64,000 nt of DNA from an uncultured Gammaproteobacteria bacterium (GTDB lineage Bacteria > Patescibacteriota > Microgenomatia > UBA1406): positions 220,851 through 284,850 of the forward strand of contig CAYPVH010000001.1 in the NCBI GenBank assembly GCA_964414145.1. The letters run 5' to 3'. Every line of letters begins with the position of its first letter. Position 1 is the first letter of the stretch. Both the position numbers and the translations under genes were made by a program. The notes below the pieces were generated by a model. That model had not been told where the DNA came from. It made no database searches and saw only the letters and a program-made list of their open reading frames with translations. Below are positions 27,391 to 37,748 of this stretch, piece after piece.

Positions 27391-28254
27391 TCAGATAACA
27401 TTGTTTTTACAGACTATCTCGACAAATTTATAGCAAACCTTAATGAAAAAGGCAAATCTCGCTATACTATTATCGCATATAAAAAAGATGTTGAGCAGTT
27501 TTTGGGTTTTTTAGCCAAAAAGCGGGTTGGATCGATCAACGAAGTAAAAAAAGAAACAATCCAAGAATTTATTAGTGACTTGATTCAATCAGACTATACT
27601 AAAAAGTCTGCCTCTAGAAAGTTAAATTCTATTCGCACTTTTTATCGTTTTTTAAAAGAAGAGAACATTGTTACTATAAATCCGGCGCTAGACGTGCCTC
27701 ACCCTAAATTTGAATCAACAAAACCAAGGGTCTTATCTAAACTGGAATATAGGGCGCTAAGGGACTTTGCCAGACAAGATAAACGAACCTACGCCATAAT
27801 TGAACTATTTTTACAAACTGGAATTAGAATTGGCGAGATAGCCAATATACATCTTGAAGATATTGGTGAAAATGATATTAAAATTCGTACATACGGCAAA
27901 AATGTTGAACGCAAAATACCATTAAATAAGTTAGCAAAAAGAGCATTAGATAACTATCTAAAGGTAAGACCCGAATCCGAAACAACAAAATTATTCGTTA
28001 CCAAAAACCGGAAACCACTGCTTGTGCGTAATATAAGAAACGTAGTGGATAGGTGTTTTCGTGAGGTTGGTATTGAAAACGCTAAAGTAAACGACTTAAG
28101 AAATACTTTTATTGCTCATCAATTGGCTTCAGGTGTTCCTTTGGCTTATGTATCTAAAATCGTTGGCCATAAAAGGCTTTCGTCTACTGAACAGTTTCTA
28201 GATCTTGTTGAGCAAGACAATCCTCCTTCTCAATATAAACTAGACGAACTTTAA
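27385..28254 (+). CDS. Tyrosine-recombinase-fold protein (XerC/XerD-like) with substituted catalytic residues
   Basis: Has an N-terminal SAM-like domain and box I TGIRIGE. Box II reads VNDLRNTF and GHKRLSSTEQFLDL where XerD has PHVLRHAF and GHSDLSTTQIYTHV. Confidence 0.7.
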   Translation: MQSDNIVFTDYLDKFIANLNEKGKSRYTIIAYKKDVEQFLGFLAKKRVGSINEVKKETIQEFISDLIQSDYTKKSASRKLNSIRTFYRFLKEENIVTINPALDVPHPKFESTKPRVLSKLEYRALRDFARQDKRTYAIIELFLQTGIRIGEIANIHLEDIGENDIKIRTYGKNVERKIPLNKLAKRALDNYLKVRPESETTKLFVTKNRKPLLVRNIRNVVDRCFREVGIENAKVNDLRNTFIAHQLASGVPLAYVSKIVGHKRLSSTEQFLDLVEQDNPPSQYKLDEL

Positions 28255-28309
28255 ACTTCTTTGTTTCAGGTATAATATTGGCACTAAATAGGTAAATTTA
28301 TACCTTTAT

Positions 28310-29851
28310 ATGTTGTACAAAAGTAATAAGCAATCTAATAATTCTAGAATATATCTATATTATTTAATTTGTTTGCTTGTTTTTGTATTTTTTGTTTTTG
28401 AATTATTTAAGAAAACAATTATTGCCAACAAGTATTACAAAAAATTGTCGGAAATAAACAGAACTAAAGAAGAAATAATCTTAGCTCCCCGCGGAATTTT
28501 TTTTGATCGCACCGGTAAGCCCTTAGTGGTTAATATAACAGATAAAAAGTATGGGTTAAAACGAGAATATCTTTATCCGGAAGAAACGGCGCACTTGCTT
28601 GGTTACATGTCTCTACCCAACGAAATTAATCTTAAAGACTATGGGTGTGGTGCTCCACCACTATCTAATCAATTCTTAGGTAAGGTAGGGTTGGAAAAGT
28701 ATTTTGAGTGCTTGTTACGCGGAGAAAACGGAAAAAAGTTATACGAAGTTAACGCGTCAGGCGAAAAGTTACGAGAACTGGCTTTAATAGAAGCAAAACA
28801 AGGTAATAATATTAACTTAAGTATCAGTCTTGAATTGCAACAAACTGCTCATAAGGCTTTTAATGGTCAGCGAGGGGCGGCCATTGCAACTGACCCAACT
28901 ACAGGTGAAGTTTTGTTGTTCTATTCTTCACCAAGCTATAACACAAACATGATTGGCTCAAATCATACTATATTTAATAACCTTTCGAATCACCCCGATA
29001 AACCATTCTTTAATCGCTTGGCTTCAGCAACGTACCCGCCAGGATCTGTTATTAAACCTTTTTTTGCTCTTGGCGCACTCGAGGAAGGGGTAGTTAATTC
29101 AAAAACCACATTTGAAGATACAGGAATTTTTAAATTAGGAAATGTTGAATTCGGAAATTGGTATTTTTTACAATATGGCAAGAAAGATGGGTTAGTAGAT
29201 ACAGTAAAAGCTATTTCCCGTTCCAATGATATTTTCTTTTACCAAATAGGGGTTAAAATGGGGCAAAAAAAACTACTTCATTGGTTAAAAGTATTTGACT
29301 TTAATAATACAGATCTAGCTGCTTATTTTCCTCAAGCTCAGGGCTTGTTGCCGACTAATGATTGGAAAATAAAGAATCTTGGAGAAAAGTGGTACACAGG
29401 TGACACGGTTAATCTTTCTATTGGGCAAGGTTTTATGCAAATAAACCCGGCTCAATTGCATTTTGCCATGGCTACACTAGCTAACAAGGGTAAAAAATGC
29501 CCATTAACTTTTGTTAAGAATAAGTTAGGGCACTGTCAAGAGCTGGGAATTGATAAAAATAATATACAAGTTATTGAGCAAGGCATGATACAAGCTTGTT
29601 CGGATGGGGGAACAGCTTGGCCTTTATTTGATTTTAAAATTAACGGAAAACTAGGGCAATTAGCATGTAAAACTGGTACTGCCGAATCGGGTGGTAATAA
29701 AGCCCTGCCACATGCTTGGTTTACGGTTTACGCCCCTGCCGAAAATCCAAGGTTTGCCCTAACAATCTTTGTAGAAAATGGGGGCGAAGGCTCGGGGGTT
29801 GCTGCTCCAATTGCAAAAAAAATTCTTCATTCTTATTTTAGTAGTGATTGA
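28310..29851 (+). CDS. Penicillin-binding protein 2 (class B transpeptidase)
   Basis: An N-terminal TM helix, with SxxK (GSVIKP), SxN (SRSND) and KTG (KTGTAE). Confidence 0.85.
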   Translation: MLYKSNKQSNNSRIYLYYLICLLVFVFFVFELFKKTIIANKYYKKLSEINRTKEEIILAPRGIFFDRTGKPLVVNITDKKYGLKREYLYPEETAHLLGYMSLPNEINLKDYGCGAPPLSNQFLGKVGLEKYFECLLRGENGKKLYEVNASGEKLRELALIEAKQGNNINLSISLELQQTAHKAFNGQRGAAIATDPTTGEVLLFYSSPSYNTNMIGSNHTIFNNLSNHPDKPFFNRLASATYPPGSVIKPFFALGALEEGVVNSKTTFEDTGIFKLGNVEFGNWYFLQYGKKDGLVDTVKAISRSNDIFFYQIGVKMGQKKLLHWLKVFDFNNTDLAAYFPQAQGLLPTNDWKIKNLGEKWYTGDTVNLSIGQGFMQINPAQLHFAMATLANKGKKCPLTFVKNKLGHCQELGIDKNNIQVIEQGMIQACSDGGTAWPLFDFKINGKLGQLACKTGTAESGGNKALPHAWFTVYAPAENPRFALTIFVENGGEGSGVAAPIAKKILHSYFSSD

Positions 29852-29879
29852 TATATTTAGTGTATAAAGAGTTATCTTG

Positions 29880-29929
29880 ACACTAAAAATCTAGTGTGTT
29901 AAAACTATTAATTGCACTAGTCATAGTGT
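29880..29929 (+). promoter_or_regulatory. Putative NrdR operator pair upstream of nrdR-nrdJ
   Basis: GCACTAGTCATAGTGT (29914-29929) fits the 16-nt NrdR box (aCACTA-N4-TAGTGt). ACACTAAAAATCTAGTGT (29880-29897) has the same arms with a 6-nt spacer. The centres are about 33 bp apart. Confidence 0.55.
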
Positions 29930-29980
29930 TTCTTGGGTTTTTAATAATTACATTAAATTGGTTTATTTTTAGCAAAAAAC

Positions 29981-30427
29981 ATGAAATGTCCTTTTTGTAG
30001 CGCTCAGGAAAATGAAGTTGTTGAAACAAGAGTAGCCGAGGAAGGTAAGTCTTTACGCAGGCGTCGGGAATGTTTTAACTGTAAGAAAAGATTTACTACA
30101 TATGAGCGAGTTGATAGATTACCTATTGTTGTTATTAAAAGGAACGGAACGCGAGAAGTTTACGATAGGAATAAGGTAAAGGGTGGTGTTATTAAATCCA
30201 GCGAAAACACAAAAGTTACTAATGAACAAATTGAAAAATTACTTGACGAACTGGAAGGTGATTTAAAGCGTCAAGATACAACAGAAGTTGAAAGTAAAAA
30301 AATTGGTGAATTGAGCGCGCAAAAATTAAAAAAAATTAATAAAATAGCCTACATTCGTTTTGCCTCTGTTTTCAAGAGGTTTGTAGATATTGAAGATTTT
30401 GAAAGGGAAATTAAAAAACTATTATAA
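29981..30427 (+). CDS. nrdR: Transcriptional repressor NrdR
   Basis: Zinc ribbon MKCPFCS…CFNCKKRFTTYERV followed by an ATP-cone. Confidence 0.9.
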   Translation: MKCPFCSAQENEVVETRVAEEGKSLRRRRECFNCKKRFTTYERVDRLPIVVIKRNGTREVYDRNKVKGGVIKSSENTKVTNEQIEKLLDELEGDLKRQDTTEVESKKIGELSAQKLKKINKIAYIRFASVFKRFVDIEDFEREIKKLL

Positions 30428-30446
30428 GTTTTAAAATAAAATCATA

Positions 30447-32792
30447 ATGGGACTCAAAGGAATATCAAAAAAAGTTTTTTTAGACAGATATGCATTAAAA
30501 AATAAGAAAGGTGACCCAATTGAAAAAAGTGAAAAAGAAATGTGGAAACGAGTTGCTAAGGGAGTCGCTAAAATTGATTCAAAGAATACAAAAAAACTTG
30601 AGAAGGAATACCTAGAGGCCCTAGAAGATTTTAAGTATGTGCCCGGTGGTAGAATTTTGGCCGGGGCCGGCACCGGTTACCAAATTACCTACTACAATTG
30701 CTTTGTAATTCCGAGCCCTAAAGACTCCCGGGGTGGTATTTTAGAATCTTTAAAACAAATGGTCGAAGTTATGGCTCATGGTGGTGGAGTTGGAATAAAT
30801 ATGTCGTCACTCAGACCAAAAGGGTACAGAGTTAAGAAGGTAAACGGGTTTTCGTCTGGTCCAGTCAATTGGGCAGAATTGTTTTCGGTAGCTACAAAAG
30901 ACATTATTCAACAAGGTGGATCAAGAAGAGGTGCTTTAATGATTATGTTATGGGATTGGCATCCGGATATTGAAGAATTCATAACCGTAAAAAAAGATTT
31001 AACAAAAATTAATGGCGCTAATTTATCGGTGGCTGTATCTGATAAATTAATGGCAGCTGTTAAAAAAGACCAAGACTGGGAATTTTTGTATCCAGACATT
31101 TCCGACCCTGAGTATGACACAAAGTGGGATGGCGATATTACTGCTTGGAAACAAATGGGTAAAAAAGTAAAAGTAGTTCGAAAAATTAAAGCCAGAAAGT
31201 TGTGGGATTTCATTGCAGAAGCTACTTGGAGCTCAGCCGAACCGGGAGTTGTTTTTATGGAAAGATACAATAAGTGGCACAATAATTGGTATTGGAACAG
31301 AATCAACTGTGTTAATCCTTGTGGTGAAGAGGGTTTACCACCTTGGGGTGTTTGTAATCTTGGCTCTATTAATTTATCTGCCCTTGTAAAACAAGAAGCT
31401 GGATTCAAAAAACCCGGCGTATTAGATTATAAAAATCTTGCTAAAGTGGCTAAAACGGCGGTAAGGTTTCAGGACGCTGTTGTTGATGGTGATAACTATA
31501 TATTTAAAGGTATTAAAAAAATGCAGCTTGAAGGGGAGCGTCGTATTGGAATTGGTACGATGGGCCTTGGTGACGCATTAATTAAGATGCACTTACGTTA
31601 TGGTTCATCCCAATCTTTAAAAGTTATAGATAAAATCTATAAAACAATTAGAAATGCGGTTTATGAAGCTTCTTGCGACTTGGCAAAAGAAAAAGGAGCA
31701 TTCCCAATGTTTGACGCAAAAAAATATTTAAAAGGTTTATTTATTCAAAATTTACCAACAAAACTGCAAAATAAAATAAAAAAACACGGGATTCGAAACT
31801 CTCTACTTTTAATGCAAGCACCAACTGGGTCAACTTCTTTAATGTCTGGAACAACTTCTGGAATTGAACCGGTTTATGAATTTGAATTTATCAGAAAAGA
31901 TAGGCTGGGCGAGCATATAATTCGACATCCGCTTTACCAGGCATGGTTGGATGAGCATGGCGTAACAAATGGTGACGCAAAAAAAATAAAAAGGCCAGAT
32001 TATTTTGTTGGGGCAAATGATCTTACTCCCGAGGAACATGTGAAAGTTCAAGCAGTAATTCAAAAATACGTTGATGCCTCTATTTCTAAAACGGTTAACG
32101 CTCCAAATAACCATACGGTTGAAGACGTTAAAAATATCTATAATCTGGCGTATAAGCTGGGCCTAAAAGGAATTGCTTATATGAGAGAAGGGTCCAGACC
32201 AGGAGTACTCAGTCGAAAAGAAGAAAAGAAAGTAGAAAAAAAGATAGTGCCGGAATACGATATTATGCCCAGGCCACTAGTTATAAATGGTGCAACATAT
32301 CAAATAGACACACCGGTTGGTAGAGCTTTTATAACCGTAAACACCGATGAGCGTGGTGAGCCTTTCGAAGTTTTTGTAAACATTGGGAAAGCTGGGTCAG
32401 ACGTGTTTGCTATGGCAGAAGGCCTTGGTAGAGTAATTTCTTTAATTTTAAGAATTAATTCACCCTTAGCCGGTAAAAAAAGACTGGAAAAGATCATTGA
32501 ACAACTTGGAGGAATTGGTGGGGCGCGGACTTTAGGTTTTGGCGATTCAAAAATAAGGAGCTTGCCAGACGCGGTTGCCAAGGTACTAATTAAGCATTTT
32601 GCCTTTACTTTAACCAATGGTAGTCATGTGGTAAAAAAAGTAAATCAAGCAGAGCAGGCGTCGTTAATTACTGCCGAAACATCAGTCGTGGCTCCTAATT
32701 TTGATATCTGTCCCGAGTGTGGTGTTGCCTCTTTTGCCTATGAAGAAGGCTGCAAAAAATGTTACAGCTGTGGTTATAGTGAGTGCGGTTAA
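30447..32792 (+). CDS. nrdJ: Adenosylcobalamin-dependent (class II) ribonucleotide reductase
   Basis: Carries NPCGEEGLPPWGVCNLGSINL, a thiyl-Cys loop region, and the C-terminal Cys cluster CPECG…CKKCYSCGYSEC. Confidence 0.9.
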   Translation: MGLKGISKKVFLDRYALKNKKGDPIEKSEKEMWKRVAKGVAKIDSKNTKKLEKEYLEALEDFKYVPGGRILAGAGTGYQITYYNCFVIPSPKDSRGGILESLKQMVEVMAHGGGVGINMSSLRPKGYRVKKVNGFSSGPVNWAELFSVATKDIIQQGGSRRGALMIMLWDWHPDIEEFITVKKDLTKINGANLSVAVSDKLMAAVKKDQDWEFLYPDISDPEYDTKWDGDITAWKQMGKKVKVVRKIKARKLWDFIAEATWSSAEPGVVFMERYNKWHNNWYWNRINCVNPCGEEGLPPWGVCNLGSINLSALVKQEAGFKKPGVLDYKNLAKVAKTAVRFQDAVVDGDNYIFKGIKKMQLEGERRIGIGTMGLGDALIKMHLRYGSSQSLKVIDKIYKTIRNAVYEASCDLAKEKGAFPMFDAKKYLKGLFIQNLPTKLQNKIKKHGIRNSLLLMQAPTGSTSLMSGTTSGIEPVYEFEFIRKDRLGEHIIRHPLYQAWLDEHGVTNGDAKKIKRPDYFVGANDLTPEEHVKVQAVIQKYVDASISKTVNAPNNHTVEDVKNIYNLAYKLGLKGIAYMREGSRPGVLSRKEEKKVEKKIVPEYDIMPRPLVINGATYQIDTPVGRAFITVNTDERGEPFEVFVNIGKAGSDVFAMAEGLGRVISLILRINSPLAGKKRLEKIIEQLGGIGGARTLGFGDSKIRSLPDAVAKVLIKHFAFTLTNGSHVVKKVNQAEQASLITAETSVVAPNFDICPECGVASFAYEEGCKKCYSCGYSECG

Positions 32793-32900
32793 TAAAAAAA
32801 TACTATCCCAGCTTGACAAAAGTAGCTAATCGTAATATATAATACTCTTAACCTTAAATAAGGGCTTATTTTAGGTTTTATTAATAATTTAATATTTTAT

Positions 32901-33818
32901 ATGGATATAGAGAAAGATCAAACAGAACATAAAAAAGAAGAAATAACTAGTGCTGATACTAAGGCTAGTAATAAGGCGAAGAAAAATACGGTAACGATTT
33001 TATTGGCAGTAATTGCGGGCTTAGTTTTTTTAGCCATTGCCTATTTTATTGTTGGAAAAATTAATACTCCGGCAAAGGTAAAAGAAAAAGCGGTAGTAAC
33101 CCAAACTGCTTTTATAGAATATCAGAAAGGAATAAATAAGATTGCTAATCACTTGAAAGATGATTCTGGCGGTTCTGATTCTGATTCGCTTGAACGTGAA
33201 ATTCAGAAGGGTAAGGATTTAATTGAAACTGCAAAATCTACAAATAAAACCTTAAAAGTTCAAGTTGAAAATATAAATTTAAACGAGCTACAGAATTATA
33301 AAGACAAGCTTGAGGAATATTTAGCAAAATCCGATCAATTAATACTTTTAGAGGTTGAAACATTAGAATGGGCAGAGCAAGTTATTGACCCAATCAAAAC
33401 TTATGAAGACGCAAGTGTTGAAGTTAGTGGAGCCAGTAATTATATGTATTCAGATCCGAGTAAATATACGGAAATACTTGAAGAGTTTGTAACAAAAGAC
33501 AGGAAGTTAATTAAGGAATTGGAAAACATAAAAATTGGGGCTAGTTTAAAAGATGTTCATAAGCCCTTTATTGCTCACATGAAATCTGAACTTAAATTGA
33601 TTGAGGAATTGAGTAAGGCAGTTGAAAATCGGAGTACATCAGCCATAGCTGATGCGCAAAAGGTATATGCACAAGAAGCTCAAAAAAATGATCAAGATTT
33701 AAATCGCGAACAAGACAAGTTAGATGAGATAATAGAAGATCTTTCTGATGAGGTAGAAGACTTGGGAAAAGAGATAGAAAGTGAGTATACGCGCTTGCAG
33801 GCAAAGTATGGTTTCTAG
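32901..33818 (+). CDS. Hypothetical membrane-anchored coiled-coil protein
   Basis: One TM helix (VTILLAVIAGLVFLAIAYFIV) followed by a long E/K-rich helical region. Confidence 0.45.
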   Translation: MDIEKDQTEHKKEEITSADTKASNKAKKNTVTILLAVIAGLVFLAIAYFIVGKINTPAKVKEKAVVTQTAFIEYQKGINKIANHLKDDSGGSDSDSLEREIQKGKDLIETAKSTNKTLKVQVENINLNELQNYKDKLEEYLAKSDQLILLEVETLEWAEQVIDPIKTYEDASVEVSGASNYMYSDPSKYTEILEEFVTKDRKLIKELENIKIGASLKDVHKPFIAHMKSELKLIEELSKAVENRSTSAIADAQKVYAQEAQKNDQDLNREQDKLDEIIEDLSDEVEDLGKEIESEYTRLQAKYGF

Positions 33819-34843
33819 AAAGGAGTGAATTTACTTAACCAGCCAATTTCTTTTGCGGTTATTCTATTTATTACAAGGTTGTGGTCAACAAGTTTTGCTC
33901 TTCTATATTTGCTTGGTTTTTCTTCGATATACATACACATAAAGTCAGCTGTATTTTGGTCGAGTGGGGCAATATTATTAACAACTCCATGACCTTTATC
34001 TGTGCAATAATCTATACTCATTTCTTCATTATATTTATCAGTTGCTCCAAAAAAATGAAGCGTTTCGTGGATTACAATTTCGGTTACAGTTGAAGCAAAT
34101 TCCGGTGCTAGGCTATATATGTTTACATATGATCTTCCTTTTTCGTGCATGGCAAAAGATCTAAATTTTTTATTTTCATAGAAACTATAGTTTGAACCAC
34201 TGGTGTTCTCATATGAATTATCTAGGTACAAAAAAACAACCAAATCGTTATTTATTTGTATATTGTTTTTTATAAGTAGGTTTTCAAATGTATCTTCAAG
34301 TTTAACAATAGAAAAATTATCTTTTTCCCAACTGTAGAAAATATCACCAACTTGTTCAAGATGTGAAAGTGTAATAGGTGAACGAACTATTGGCTCAATG
34401 GTGAAATTATTAGCACCATAACTTTTTGCTGCCTTTTCCATATATGTTTTTAAGTAATAGAGGGATGAACTAGAATTACTTTTTTTAGCGCTAAGCTTTT
34501 TAACCAAATCGGATACCTGGCTATTCTGAAGCGTTTCTGGCTTAACAAATATCAAATAAAGCCGATGGTTGCCCTGAGCCTTTCTTTTTACAAAATTGGT
34601 GGAATAATCTTCTATATTGGAATTTATAGCTTGTTGCTTTGCCAGTTCTTCATAGTTTGAGCGGGCATTATGTTTTAGTTCAATTGTTTTATCTTTCAAT
34701 AGTTTGGTAGAAACCGAGATTTTGGTTTGTAAAAATATACGCTGAAAGAATATGGAAAGTGTTAGCACAGTAGCAATAACTAAAGCAACATACTTTACTG
34801 GTCCAAATTTTTGTAATAAATTTTGATGAGTCTTATAAAGCAT
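33815..34843 (-). CDS. Hypothetical membrane-anchored protein with an HExxH motif (putative zinc metallopeptidase)
   Basis: An N-terminal TM helix and VIHETLHFFGATDKY in the C-terminal third. Confidence 0.4.
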   Translation of the reverse strand: MLYKTHQNLLQKFGPVKYVALVIATVLTLSIFFQRIFLQTKISVSTKLLKDKTIELKHNARSNYEELAKQQAINSNIEDYSTNFVKRKAQGNHRLYLIFVKPETLQNSQVSDLVKKLSAKKSNSSSSLYYLKTYMEKAAKSYGANNFTIEPIVRSPITLSHLEQVGDIFYSWEKDNFSIVKLEDTFENLLIKNNIQINNDLVVFLYLDNSYENTSGSNYSFYENKKFRSFAMHEKGRSYVNIYSLAPEFASTVTEIVIHETLHFFGATDKYNEEMSIDYCTDKGHGVVNNIAPLDQNTADFMCMYIEEKPSKYRRAKLVDHNLVINRITAKEIGWLSKFTPF

Positions 34844-35092
34844 TAAAGTAGTTCATTATCAATATTAATATAAATGGGTACATTAATAAAATTAAAGAAA
34901 ATTATAGCAGAAGCATTAGTGTTGCAATGGCATTACTGTTTTTTTATTTTATGATAATAAACATAAAAACTTTTATGTATGCTCTTGGCAATTAAATTAT
35001 TTCGCTATTCTACATATATTTTACATATTGACAAAAAGATGAATTTATATAGTATGTAATTTAGGTAACATTATTAATTTTATTTTAGTAAG

Positions 35093-37003
35093 ATGAAAAA
35101 AATTATAATCGGTATGCTGTTATTTATAACCCTGATTTTCTTATCATTTAATTCTCGTGTAGTTTTGGCGCAAGAAGGTGGTCAATCTGGAACAACCCTA
35201 ATTGCCGAAAAAACGGCATCTGGTAGTTATACAAAAGAGTATGGTTGGTCGATTAATAAAACTGTAACTCCGTCAACATGGGACTTGCTTGGTGGAGATA
35301 GCGGTATATCACAATATACTATAGATATAACCAAAGATAACGGCAGAGATATTTATAAGGTTACAGGTGAAGTTTGCGTAACAAATGGTGGTGCAGTTAC
35401 TACCGAAAATTTAACTATTGTCGATCAGGTTGAGTATAAAGTGGGTGCCGGGCAGTTTCAAGATTTACTTGGAGCAACCCAAACAATTACTCCAGAGCAG
35501 TTACTTCCTGATCAAACAGGCTGTTATCCTTATGAAATTGAATTTACCCCGGTTAATGGGGCAACTTATCGGAACTCGGCACAGGTAACAATTACCAATC
35601 ACTCTGGCAGTATTGGCGAACCAAAAGGCCCAACTCCAAGAGCCGATTTCTCAATTCCGACAGAGCCGGTTTTAATTAATGATACTGTGACTGTTGCAGA
35701 TACAAATGGTGAAAGCTGGGAAGTAAGTGAATCAACCAGTATAAATTATGAAAAAGAATTTATTTGCCCAATCAATGTTGGCGAACATTCAAACACAGTC
35801 ACTATTTTACAAACAGGCCAAAGTTCAACGGCGGTGATAAATGTAAATTGCCATGGTTTAACAATCAGCAATGATGTTAATACTTTTTTTAATCGCTATT
35901 TTGATTGGTCAATAAATAAATCGGCGGATCAGAACGAACTTTTACTGGCAATTAATCAATCTTTTACGGTTAACTATGATGTGTTGGTAAGTTCGGGGTT
36001 TATGGATTCAGATTTTTTGGCTAAAGGAACAATAAACGTAACTAATAACACACCGCTAACTGCAGAGTTAACCGAGGTAAAAGTGTTGATGTCTGAATCT
36101 ATACCAACTACTGTTACTTGCGAAGGCATTTCATTCCCGTATTTACTGGCACCGGGGTCTTCAATTAGTTGTAGTTACTCAACAGAATTACCAGACTCAG
36201 CAAGCCGAATAAATACAGCTTACGCTGTTACCCAAAATTACAGTTATAGTTGGAATGGCAATACAACAAAGACTGGTACCAGTTCGTATGCCGCTCCGGC
36301 AAATATATTGTTTGAGAACGCAGAAATAGACGAAATTGACGAGTGCGTGGAAGTAACCGATAACTTGGGTGGTTATCTTGGCCAGTTTTGTACAGATGGA
36401 GTTGAAACAAAGAACTACAGTTATAGCTATGAAGTAGGGCCTTTTCTGGAGTGTGGAGAGCAGCAAATTATTAATATTGCAGAGCTGCTAACCAATGATA
36501 CCCAAACAGTTGCCTCAGACACATGGCAAGTAAATGTAGATGTTCCTTGTGACGAGGGCTGTACACTAACCATTGGTTACTGGAAAAATCATGCCGGATT
36601 TGGTCCGCAGAATGATATGGTTACCGAACTACTACCTCAGTGGCTAGGTAACGAAAATTTATGTTCTTTACTGGGAATTAGATTCTGTTCAAACAAGTCT
36701 GTTAAAGTAGACACGAATGTTTTAGCTGTACAGTATTTAAGTATGAAGGAGTTTGGAAAACCGTCTAACGGAATTACCAAGCTTTACGCTCAATTACTAG
36801 CTGCAAAGCTAAATTTAGCTAGTGGAGCCGGTAGCACTACCGTTGACAATATTATTAAAGAAGCAGATAGTTTTTTAAGTCAACATAACTACAAAGACTG
36901 GGACAAGCTATCTAAACAAGACAAGTCGTATGTTTTGTACTTAATGACTAAGCTTGACCAATTCAATAATGGAGAAATTGGTCCGGGTCATTGTTCTATG
37001 TAG
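35093..37003 (+). CDS. Large secreted or surface protein of unknown function
   Basis: A signal peptide (…SRVVLAQEG), a T/S/N-rich beta-type sequence, and a C-terminal Cys-containing domain (CTLTIGYWKNHAGFG…GPGHCSM). Confidence 0.5.
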   Translation: MKKIIIGMLLFITLIFLSFNSRVVLAQEGGQSGTTLIAEKTASGSYTKEYGWSINKTVTPSTWDLLGGDSGISQYTIDITKDNGRDIYKVTGEVCVTNGGAVTTENLTIVDQVEYKVGAGQFQDLLGATQTITPEQLLPDQTGCYPYEIEFTPVNGATYRNSAQVTITNHSGSIGEPKGPTPRADFSIPTEPVLINDTVTVADTNGESWEVSESTSINYEKEFICPINVGEHSNTVTILQTGQSSTAVINVNCHGLTISNDVNTFFNRYFDWSINKSADQNELLLAINQSFTVNYDVLVSSGFMDSDFLAKGTINVTNNTPLTAELTEVKVLMSESIPTTVTCEGISFPYLLAPGSSISCSYSTELPDSASRINTAYAVTQNYSYSWNGNTTKTGTSSYAAPANILFENAEIDEIDECVEVTDNLGGYLGQFCTDGVETKNYSYSYEVGPFLECGEQQIINIAELLTNDTQTVASDTWQVNVDVPCDEGCTLTIGYWKNHAGFGPQNDMVTELLPQWLGNENLCSLLGIRFCSNKSVKVDTNVLAVQYLSMKEFGKPSNGITKLYAQLLAAKLNLASGAGSTTVDNIIKEADSFLSQHNYKDWDKLSKQDKSYVLYLMTKLDQFNNGEIGPGHCSM

Positions 37004-37051
37004 TTTTCGATACTTGTAAACGGTATTAGTTGCGGTTATGATTGAGGGTGT

Positions 37052-37702
37052 ATGTTAATACGTCAGGTTTATAGTATCTACAAGATTCCACCTAACCTTG
37101 CTGAACATATGCTAAGGGTGGCAGCTTTAGGGCAATTTATTGCTACTTCATGGAAAGATAGTGTTGTGGTTGACTCCAACTTAGTTACTAAAACACTACT
37201 GTTGCACGATATGGGCAACATTATAAAATTTGATTTCAATAATTACCCAAAGCTTCTTGGTAAAGAAAAGAAAAACATAAATTACTGGAAAAACGTACAA
37301 ACAGAATTTGTTACAAAATATGGTAACAATGAATCTGTCGCTACACTAAAAATTGCTCAAGAACTTAATACAGGTAAAAATGTTTTAACTACGCTTCGCC
37401 AATTAGTGAGCCAAAAAAAAGGTATAAAATTTGATAGCTGGGAATTAAAGATTTGCTATTACAGCGATTGGCGTGTATCACCTTTTGGGTTAACAAGTTT
37501 AAGTAAAAGAATGAATGAGTTTTTGGAAAGAAAAAAGGCCAGAGGAATAACCGAACAAGAGGTTAAGAAGTATTTAGGTATAAAAGAGTATTGCCAACAA
37601 CTGGAGGAGCAGATTCAACAAAATATTTCGGTTGATTTAAAAAGCATTAATGAAGAATCGCTTCAGGAAAGAACCAACTTGCTTCTTGAAACAAATATTT
37701 AG
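37052..37702 (+). CDS. HD-domain protein
   Basis: Carries H…HD (EHMLRVAAL … LLLHDMGNI). Confidence 0.5.
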   Translation: MLIRQVYSIYKIPPNLAEHMLRVAALGQFIATSWKDSVVVDSNLVTKTLLLHDMGNIIKFDFNNYPKLLGKEKKNINYWKNVQTEFVTKYGNNESVATLKIAQELNTGKNVLTTLRQLVSQKKGIKFDSWELKICYYSDWRVSPFGLTSLSKRMNEFLERKKARGITEQEVKKYLGIKEYCQQLEEQIQQNISVDLKSINEESLQERTNLLLETNI

Positions 37703-37748
37703 TGGGCATAGCCTTTGTTTAAGCTTGGAATGATATAATTTTAATTTA

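Noticed and set aside
30431-32617. Multiple antisense or overlapping track ORFs inside nrdJ, and likewise inside typA, ligase, IF-2, NusA and other genes
   Set aside because: They are embedded in strongly supported genes on the opposite strand or in another frame. They are low-complexity and carry no motifs, which makes them typical shadow ORFs.
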